A stretch of 64,000 nt of DNA, taken from Callorhinchus milii (taxonomy: Eukaryota). A program made the position numbers and the translations under genes. Positions 50,597 to 59,557 of this stretch are shown one piece after another (position 1 is the stretch's first letter; each line of letters begins with the position of its first letter). The stretch is from assembly GCF_018977255.1 (NCBI RefSeq), contig NW_024704742.1, positions 19,532,001-19,596,000 of the forward strand, read 5' to 3'. Under the pieces are notes generated by a model, which was not told where the DNA came from, did no database searches, and saw only the letters and a list, made by a program, of their open reading frames with translations.

Positions 50597-51355
50597 ACAA
50601 AACAAAATAAAGGTCAGCAGATGACGGAAATCTGAAAACAAAAACAGAAGTCGCTAGGAACATTCAGCAGGTCAGGCAACATCTATGGAGAAAGGAAAGT
50701 GAGTCAACATTTCGGGTCCACAGCCCTTCTTCAGAACTGGGGCATGTTGGGAGGGAGAGGCTTTTAAGGGTTAACAGAAAATGGGGCGGCAGGGCAAGGA
50801 AGACAAAGGAGAAAATGGGGTAAAGGAGAGGGGAAGATGGGTCAAAGAGGTGTTAATGATGCAAAGCAAATGGGGGGAGGTGAAATTGCAACAAAATAGG
50901 CAGATCAGAGAGAGAAAAGGTGCGTCTGGGACACAAATGGTGTGGTAATGGTCACAGAAGAAGGGGAGGGGGAAGGTGAGCTGTTACGGTCTGAAATTGT
51001 TGAAATCAATATTGAGGCAAGAGGGCTGTAAGGTTCCCAGCAGATAAATGAGGTGCTGTTCTTCGAGCTTGCGCTGTGGCTCATTGGAACAACGTAGGAG
51101 ATCATGGATGGCGAGGTCAGAGTGCGAGTGGGATGGAGAGTTGAAATGGCAAGAGACCGGAAGCTCAGTGCTGTGCTTGCGGACAGAATGTAGGTGTTCG
51201 GCAATCTGTGTTTGGTCTCCCCAGTGTAGAGGAGATCACATCGTGAGCAGCGAATGCAGTAATCTACATTGCTGGTAGTACACGTAATTCACTGTCTCAC
51301 ATGAAAACTGTGTTTGGGGTCCTGGACAGTGGTATAGGAGGAGGTGAAAGGGCAG
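50597..51355 (-). mobile_element. Penelope-like element 3' part: GIY-YIG endonuclease relic plus pLTR
   Basis: Minus-strand translation: TCTTSNVDYCIRCSRCDLLYTGETK..AEHLHSVRK..LPVSCHFNSPSHS..QRKLEEQHLIYLLGTLQPSCLNIDFNNF*; stops and indels present. Confidence 0.88.
50702..50738 (-). ncRNA. Degenerate hammerhead ribozyme motif
   Basis: Minus strand: agtt-CTGAAGA-a-GGGctgtggaCCC-GAAA-tg-TT-gact. Confidence 0.55.
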
Positions 51356-51894
51356 GTAACTCTGCAACACAAAGTGCCCTTTTCTGTGAACTCAATCACA
51401 GCATAAACTTCATCTCATCCACAACTCTCAAACTCGTATATTGTCGGACAGCATGCTCCACATACCCGTTATCTCCGCCCAACCCAACCTCACCAAGCTC
51501 CACTAGTCCCTAGAAGGCTAGCAGATCAACTTCAACATCTACATTCAAATTGTTTCACAATCTTGGCCATCCCTCCCTCTGCAATCTCCTCCAGCCCAAT
51601 CTTCCAACCATCATGTCCTTGTTCTCTGGATCGCTCCCAAAATCTATTTAACCTTGTGTCTTCTGTCTTCAAAAAATTTTAATACATGTTGTTTGGTTTA
51701 ACATCCTTTCTTCCCTGCTTAGGCTTCTGTGACTATTCTATCAATCTTGCCCAATAATCTAATGACTAGGGGCACAGCATTAGGCAATAAAAACTGGAAG
51801 AACACAGATGTGAATCACAGTCAATGCTGAGTTAGCAGATCTTAGCCATCTACATAATTGGACACTACAATTGCCCTCACTGTCCCAACAAATT

Positions 51895-52030
51895 ATGCCA
51901 TTGGATCTTCAACATCTACCTGAACAGATAGACAGTCAACTTAGATTGTGAGATCAAGGTCCTGCCATAGGGCTAGAATTCACAATTTTCTCGGAAGCAA
52001 AAGTGCTATTAACTGAAGCAGTCTGACACC
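51895..52030 (-). mobile_element. DeuSINE fragment with head
   Basis: ATGCCATTGGATCTTCAACATCTACCTGAACAG..CTAGAATTCACAATTTTC..AAAGTGCTATTAACTGA. Confidence 0.55.
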
Positions 52031-53659
52031 TGAAGATATGACTGGCCACAGTGTCATATGTGCTTTTGTCCTTTAACCACTTGGCACTCACTGCCAGGGT
52101 TCACTTGAACAAAGTCTTGGAGTTCAGCCGAGACCTGTGAAACTTTACATCAGTAATAAAAATAATCCTTGCATTTGATTTCACAGAATACACTGTAAAG
52201 TGAATTGACTGCAGTAAAAGGTAAAAAGAATGAAAAGTCTTCAGGGGATGAGAGGAAGGGAGAAAATTGGAAACAGAAAGAAAACTACTGATAAAAGATT
52301 TTAACAGGCAGTGGAACAAGTACATTATAACAGGTCGTTCAAGGACTACTGTCTTTGACAGGCTGAACTGATTCTTCGCAAATATCTTTGGAGGACGCTC
52401 GAACATGTAAATTGTTACTTAAGTCAAAATAAATAAATAAAATTACTGATGTTCCAGTGGGGAATTACTTCTTTCAACAAGGTCACAAAAAACATCTCTC
52501 TGACTAAATCTAACACTTTGGTTTTCATTCTAGTTATCAAAGTGTGTTCGCTGACAAGAATATTAAAACTTCTGAACCATAATCTAAAAGTAAAAGTCGT
52601 AACTCAAACAAAATTATGTGAGAACAAAGTGAGTAAGCAGGTTAAAATACTGCCTGAACGGTGAATTTGAAAATATCTCAAATAGCACTCAAAGTAAAAT
52701 ACACTGCCCAGTTTCATGCAGTTCATCGTGGCTAAAACATTGCTAGCTTTAAATATTAACAGACAACAAATGAGCAGACTCACCCAGACATGCCAGGGTG
52801 AATAGCATAAGAACAAGTAAAGTCAGCACTATCGAAAGATGGGAGTTCTTCTCAGTCTGCTCTTACATTCATATTCCTCTTAGCCACACTGAGGTCCAAC
52901 ATATCACTCGTAGCAATTTAATTGCAAAGAGAAACTTCTGCTGGTAACCAGAAACAACCCATGGGATCACCAGTGAACAGAAGTAGATCCCATCAGATTG
53001 GAATCCATTCAAGTCAGTGAGAAAGGCATCATTAACACAGAAGACACTTTTTGTGGGTTTCAGTCACTATTAACAAAGTCTGTTCTGAAATGATGTATAT
53101 TAAACTCCAATACAAACATGGGTAGAATATCAAGAGATTGCAAAAACAGAGAATTCATACACATTCATTATCATCAAGTGACCACATAAAATACTCCTAG
53201 CTGGAGCTTGGGTGCATTAGGGTAAATGTGTATTTATTAGCACAAGGGTCTACAAGGTCACAAGATTAGTCTGGATGAACTGGATCCTTCAGACCAGTCC
53301 ACCTCATCCCTCCAGAATACCTCCCCTAACATCACCCCCACTTCATAAATGAGTCTAGTGTCCTGGTAACATTTTCCATCAAGCGTCTTTACCATTAGAA
53401 TGGAGCTCAGGATCACTGGCTGTATATTTATTGAACATGTTCTTTCTTTTATGTATGCATTACACCCACAAATTCACAGTCAATCTAATTTACGGTAAAT
53501 GCCGTGAAGTGCTTTGAGACGTTTTGATGATATGATAAGGCGCTATATCAAATGCAAGGATTATATATGTATGCACTATAATATTTCACCGTACACATCC
53601 TTTTCAAATTGGCCTGAATGAGTCCAAGCTGGTACTTCACTGAATGAGTCTAAATTGGG

Positions 53660-54305
53660 TCTCAGCTCAATTCAGTTGATAGCATTCTCCCCTCTGAGTC
53701 AGAAGGTTCTGCATTCAAGCCCCCAATCCCCCGCCCCCCATTAGAGCTTTGAATCTCACAGGCCAAGCTGACCTTCCAGTACTGTGTTGGGGGAGAACTA
53801 CATTGTAGAGGGTGTTATCTTTTGCAAAGAGCAACTTTGTGGAGTCCTGTAGCTCAATGGTTAGAGCACTCACTTTGCAAGTGAGAGACCTGAGTTCAAT
53901 TCCAGACAGGGCGAAACCTTGGGCAAGTTTCCTTGCTCCACACAGAGCCTAATAACAATCCTTCCAAAACCAAAACCAATAATAAATTGGTCATTTTCAA
54001 TCTACGACTGTTTGTGGGACATTGCTGTGCGCAATTGGCTGCCGCGTTCGCCCACAAATATACAGTCAATTCACTTTACAGTGTGTTCTGTGAAGCACTT
54101 TGGGACGTCCTCCCGACGTGAAAAGCGCTATATCAAATGCAAGGATTATTATTATTATTATATCAAATGCAAGGATTATTATTATTATTATCTTTTAGAC
54201 GAGATATCAAGCCTGGATCCTTCTGCTTGTTTTGGTGGATGTTGAATATCCCGCAGCAATTTCAAAAAAAGAAAAGGGAGTTTCTCCAAATGTCCTGGCC
54301 AGCAA
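53660..54305 (+). mobile_element. DeuSINE interrupted by a young SINE
   Basis: Head CTCTGAGTCAGAAGGTT..TTCAAGCCCC at about 53690; Deu domain resumes at 54191 (TCTTTTAGACGAGA..GGTGGATGTTGAATATCCC..GTCCTGGCCAGCA). Confidence 0.7.
53841..54190 (+). mobile_element. Full-length young SINE with duplicated tail
   Basis: Intact head, body and two tail units. Confidence 0.95.
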
Positions 54306-55440
54306 TCACACAGATAAAGTTCACTTCATTTGTATTTGTGGGGCTGTGCACCTCCTGCTGCCGACCAGCCCTGAGAGCCAGCAGATCAGCCCTCGATGCT
54401 CCTCACTGACATCGAGCCACGTATGGTACAGAGAGTAGCGTTGAACAGGTTGGAGAGAGAGTGGGTCTGAAGTTGGATCGGAGGGGGGNAAAAAAATCTA
54501 TTGGTTTCATCTTTGACTCGAACTCGATATGAAATCACATCGGGTACAGCATAACGACATCAGGACCCGGTTATCCACTGTGGATTGAAAGGACATTAAA
54601 AACCTCAGACAAAGTCAGAGGTAACTTGTGCAGAGGCTCCTCTGTTCCAAAGTCCCCATCATGTACCAAAGGCAACTTTGTACGTTGATAGCGATTTTAC
54701 GTAATAACAACTTCAAGATCTTAGGTGCGCAAAAAATACACTGTAAAAATATTTAATTCTTTCATTTTAAACAATTAGTTTAATAACTCAATTTTGAATC
54801 ATGGAACACAAAATAGGGGACACGTCGGAAATATCAATCCGAATGTTTTACATGTTCTTGGTTTGGTTTTGAAAATCCAGGTTTGGAAGAGTTGGCATTG
54901 AGTTGTCGCCCACAATAATCTTCCACCCCAAAAACTGGAGAAACAAGAATTTGGCTTTCACACTGGATCATTGAGCATAACATATACTGTCACAAGTGCC
55001 TCCTCTCTGGCCACTGAGATTCTATTAACCAGTGATTTGTTTTTCTCAACGGGACATTTAGTGATCGTCTGCACCAGCAATCGAGTGATTGCTTCACTTT
55101 GCTTTCAGGTAGGTTTACTGAACTATCTTTCCATCCATTTTAATGGTTATATGAATGAGACCCCCCACCCCCCATACCCCCGTCGTTAAGGCAGACGATA
55201 GACTGCTTTTCTCTATCCAGTATTTACTAACAAAATCAAATTTCTGTATATATGAGGGCCATTCGCCTCATCCTACTGACGTTATCTGTATAATACCTGT
55301 ATTGGTTGCACAACGAAAACATATTCAATTTTCCCAAACTGACATCTTCTTAATAAGCTTAAAGGTCAGTTTTTAATATATACATATATTAAATATAGAG
55401 CATATTACATTCTAGGTATAGAATACACATATATATATAT

Positions 55441-55684
55441 GTCAAAATGAATCTCACAGTTGTTTTTGGAAGGTGTACAGTGATAGCAAAAAAAAGTACA
55501 ATTTGCTTATAAATTGCGTATTTATTCTATGCCTATATATAGAATGTATGTATTTAGTCTAAAAATAGAATAAATATGTATATATATTCTAGGCATAGAA
55601 TAAATACGCAATTTATAAGCAAATTGTACTTTTTTTTGCTATCACTGTACACCTTCCAAAAACAACTGTGAGATTCATTTTGAC
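55441..55684. repeat. Perfect 95-bp inverted repeat with 54-bp AT-rich spacer
   Basis: 55441-55535 is the exact reverse complement of 55590-55684. Confidence 0.95.
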
Positions 55685-55736
55685 TCTGGCAAAAGTATTT
55701 AACAACCAAAGGCAACTTAGGGTCTATGTTTGCTTA

Positions 55737-55759
55737 TGTGTGTGTGTGTGTGTGTGTGT
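55737..55759. repeat. (TG)n microsatellite
   Basis: Seen directly. Confidence 0.95.
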
Positions 55760-55968
55760 TTTGTTCTCAGCGTTTTTAGAAAGGACAGGATGTCAAAAAT
55801 GTAATCCAATGCCTTTTTTTTTACACAACCCACGAGAACACGGTGGGAATTTCAATCGCCTCGCCTTAACGCGCACAAAACAGGAGTGAGAAATATTATT
55901 TTCAATAAGAATAAGAATATTTGGTTAGTGCCCTGAGTGAGGATACCTCTCCCCCACCCTCTTGCCCT

Positions 55969-55992
55969 ACACACACACACACACACACACAC
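55969..55992. repeat. (CA)n microsatellite
   Basis: Seen directly. Confidence 0.95.
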
Positions 55993-56046
55993 CTCTTCTT
56001 TTTGCCTTCCTCTTTTTGACTTCATTTATTGGAGAAATCAATTCAT

Positions 56047-56058
56047 ATGCATATGCAT
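56047..56058. promoter_or_regulatory. MORE palindrome ATGCATATGCAT (POU-dimer site)
   Basis: Exact match to the established MORE element; binding not shown. Confidence 0.45.
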
Positions 56059-56326
56059 CAATTCTGTCCGCTAGAGGAACAGCTGAGATCAAATGCTCTC
56101 TGTGAGTACTTGAGAGCTATGTGGGTGCAGTTGGTCCTCTCAGAGGCTGTCTGTGCCACTGATGCGCCTCTTCTCTTCCCACTTGTATTTCTTCGTGTGA
56201 ACTGATCTGTGTGTCTCACACAGATGCCCGAGCATCGTGCGAGAGCGTATCTCTGTTCAGATAGTTATTTGGGCAACGTTGAGAATAAGGTTATAACCCA
56301 AGAAGGCAGTGGAAGGAGGAAGCCAC

Positions 56327-56328
<2 letters not shown>

Positions 56329-56377
<49 letters not shown>

Positions 56378-56392
56378 TGTGTGTGTGTGTGT
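56329..56392. repeat. Compound (GA)n(GT)n microsatellite
   Basis: Seen directly. Confidence 0.95.
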
Positions 56393-56399
56393 TAAAAAA

Positions 56400-56532
56400 A
56401 AGTTTCTTCTCCTTGCGATTTGGATCATTGGCTTCTTGCCAGAAGACTTCGGTGCAGACTCGCTGTTGCACTCACTTGCTGCCTCGCTGTACCCATGGCC
56501 AGAGCTCTGCAGTAACTGCAGTTGGGAGTCAG
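56400..56532 (+). other. Candidate non-coding first exon (5' boundary unknown)
   Basis: GC/CpG-richer unique sequence after the (GA)n(GT)n tract, ending CAG|GTAACT; contains short uORF 56495-56515. Confidence 0.35.
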
Positions 56533-57264
56533 GTAACTGCGAGGGAAGAGAACAGACTGAGTGTGTGTTGGTCTGAGAGTGAGACGGGTTTGCAAGGGGC
56601 TGAGGCTGGGGCTGGGGCTGGGGCTGAGGGGATGAGTGAGGCTCAGTGTTAAGAGCTTTTGAGTACGAAGGCGAGTCTGGTGCTGGGAAGAGAACAAGAG
56701 ACTGGGAATGTGAGTGAGAATCAGAGTGAGTGTGAGACTGAGATCAGATTGAGTGTGAGTGGATGCATCCTCAGGGCGGGTGAGTGTGAGAGCCAGAGCA
56801 TGAGGAACGGATGAGCCCTTGAGTGAGTGTGACACTAGACTAATACTGTGAGAGGTTAAGACTGGGGTGTGAGCGGGGGGTGTGGGTCAAAGTGAGTGTG
56901 AGTGCAGGAGTGAATCGCCGTTGGGTGCAGAGTGCACCATCATTCAGGTCCTGAAACTGGTCAAGTGTACTCAGTCCTCTTGTCAGAGAAGTCATCTATC
57001 TCCCTGAGCTTTGATACTCACGCCCCCACCAGAAAGCTATCACTGCAGCCAAGGGAAGAGGGAGCATCCACCCATTCAGCCCCCTAGTCCCCCCCCCCCC
57101 CAACCCCCCCACTCCCCCCAACCCCCTGGTCCTGAGAGAGATTCCAATGCTCTCCTGGTCGGTGGCAAAAGGTCTTTAAGTGACGGTGATCATCTCTGAT
57201 TCCCGCACAGGAAACATCTCGCTTTTTGCAGGCAAGCGACTGGTCGCTGGAATTTATTTGGAGA

Positions 57265-57310
57265 ATGTGGTTTCATATACAGTTCTCTCTGGTGATGCTC
57301 GTGGCGAGAG
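57265..57310 (+). CDS. Candidate first coding exon encoding a signal peptide (MWFHIQFSLVMLVAR + phase 1) of a secreted or membrane protein
   Basis: Acceptor TCTCGCTTTTTGCAG| at 57231 (alternative CCCGCACAG| at 57210), ATG with purine at -3, hydrophobic 15-mer, strong donor GAG|GTGAGT at 57311. Confidence 0.55.
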
Positions 57311-58054
57311 GTGAGTGGGATTTTTTTGTTTGTTTTTGGTCTCTACTCCGACGTGTCGAGGTTGTCTTACTGTCATGTCTGATGTCTGTACGTTTGCATC
57401 CCCTGTGTGTGTCCTGTCGAGTCGATGATGTCCAGGGCAATGTGTGTGTGTGTGTGTTGGGAGCAAGAACCCACCAGGACGGAATATAAAATATTTTTAT
57501 TTCGATCAGTTGCACTGCTGTTACTGAGTGTGAGCACTGTGATGTTCTAACACCATGTTGGATAAATCTGTACCCAGGCAAACAAGTTAAACGTAACGTA
57601 ACTTTTCTTCTCTCCCCCTATTTCCACCACCAAATGTGTTTATTAAATCATTTATTGGAGATGTGACTTCAAAATGCACATCACCCATAAATTGCTTCAT
57701 TTGTTTTTTTTATTATCTCTAAGGATGCATGGCTGGGAAGTGGAGCAAAGGGGTTGGTTTCTTTATATATATAAATATATATATACACATAAATAAATAA
57801 AAGAAACTAAAATGCAGTAAAATGCAGACTCTGAAGTCTGGTCTTAGCAGTTGCTGCAGGGAAGGGAGAGAGGGTCAGCCTGAAAGGAGCGAGATGGAGA
57901 AAGAGGGACAGAGAGACCTGGGGGGGTGGGGAAAGGTAAGGAAAGAAGGACCACAGGGCTGATAGGAAAAGCTGAGGGACATTCTCACGCTCAGTGGTGT
58001 GGCTGCTGGACTGGGTTAGCGATGATCAGGGGCACTGGAGAGAAGCAGAACTCA

Positions 58055-58068
58055 CCGCCATCTGCTGG
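58055..58068 (-). promoter_or_regulatory. CTCF core motif
   Basis: Minus strand CCAGCAGATGGCGG fits CCASYAGRKGGCRS. Confidence 0.5.
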
Positions 58069-58654
58069 AGTGATAGCCCTGAACACCCCCAGCCTCAAAA
58101 CAGCCGACAACACCACCATCCACATCACACTCCGCAAACAACATTGCAATAAGCGCAGTGTGGCTGAGCCACGAGAGACTGGACTCACACCTCACACCTG
58201 CCAACAACTGGGGGGTTGCGTTGTGCTTTTTTGTCTCTGGAATATTATTTTTGTATGCATTTTCTTTTTTTTTCCGATCCTAGTACAACAGTGCTTAAAT
58301 AATCAGCGTTACGATGAATGTTTTGCACCCCCCCCCCCTGTTTTCCCATGAATAGCATAGCATAGGTAAGAATTAGGTATTTATTTTCTGTTGCAAATGT
58401 GTCTCTGAGTTCTGAGGCTCTTACTGGAGAATTCTCACAGTCAAATCGGAAATAAGACTCTGTTGTCACCCACTTGCTTCAGTGGATAATACCCAGGGCG
58501 ACAATCTGTCTGATCTCTCACCCTTATACAATATTTCCGTTTAGATTCCAATGAAAGGATGTTTTGGGGGGTTACCAGAATTGGGAGCCTGTAAACCAAT
58601 TCCCTCTATTGATGTTGATTCGTTAATAACTTGCTGTACATTTCTGATGAAGAT

Positions 58655-58877
58655 GCTGTGCTGTGCTGTACTGTGCTGTACTGTACTGTGCTGTACTGTG
58701 CTGTGCTGTACTGTACTGTACTGTACTGTGCTGTACTGTGCGGTACTGTGCTGTGCTGTGCTGTACTGTACTATGCTGTGCTGTACTGTACTGTGCTGTA
58801 CTGTGCTATGCTGTACTGTACTGTACTGTACTATGCGGTACTGTGCTGTGCTGTGCTGTACTGTGCTGTGCTGTGCA
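58655..58877. repeat. Pentameric tandem repeat (CTGTR)n
   Basis: About 44 CTGTG/CTGTA units; source of the C/T/V/L-rich pseudo-ORFs. Confidence 0.97.
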
Positions 58878-59439
58878 GTGCCTAAATCCATCACTTGATG
58901 TTAATGCACCGACATCAGTGTTGATGTAAATGCTTCTTTTCCGGGCACTTTGGCAGTAAATCACAACTCTGCCACTTTGATGTTCCCGTCACACGATCTC
59001 ACTACCACTGCCCCCAACATTAAGGGTTTGACATCAAAGTAAACTTCCATTTGAATCGTGTGCAACTCTTATTTAAATCCACGAAACGAAATATTACTGT
59101 TTTAAAAAGTACCCCTCGCGGGTGACATCACTTCAGATTAACAAAACATGAGTATTTTTAAGAACAAAAGTATATTGAGTTTTATTTCATTTGCAAATCC
59201 TGAACAGCCAAGGGTAAGATCTGGTGTTGTACATTATACATTAATCTTGGGAGAAGGGAGTCAGATGTCTTTATAACCTGTTCAGGCTTTGCTCTTGTGG
59301 TTCGTGGTGCCACCCAAAGCACATAAAGGAAATGTGCCTTGAAATCATTCCAGAATACATATTATTTTATGTTAAATGCTATGACATTCATGGGGCGATT
59401 TTTGCAACAGACTTTTAAGAGCGATAGTCTCGCTAAAGG

Positions 59440-59557
59440 TATTTCGCCCACAAAATAGACAGTTAATTCACTTTGCAGTATAACATGGGAAGCGCTTTGA
59501 GACGTCTCGAAGACGTGATAAGGCGCTGTATCAAATGCAAGGATTATTATATTATTA
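59440..59557 (+). mobile_element. SINE 3' fragment
   Basis: TTTCGCCCACAAA..GCGCTGTATCAAATGCAAGGATTATT. Confidence 0.85.

Noticed and set aside
56209..56835. ORFs across the promoter-like region
   Set aside because: Driven by (GA)n(GT)n and TGAG-rich low complexity.
58655..58877. CRISPR-like array
   Set aside because: No unique spacers; simple satellite in a vertebrate context.
58541..58929. Cys-rich or HSTVQ-repeat proteins
   Set aside because: Translations of a pentamer tandem repeat.
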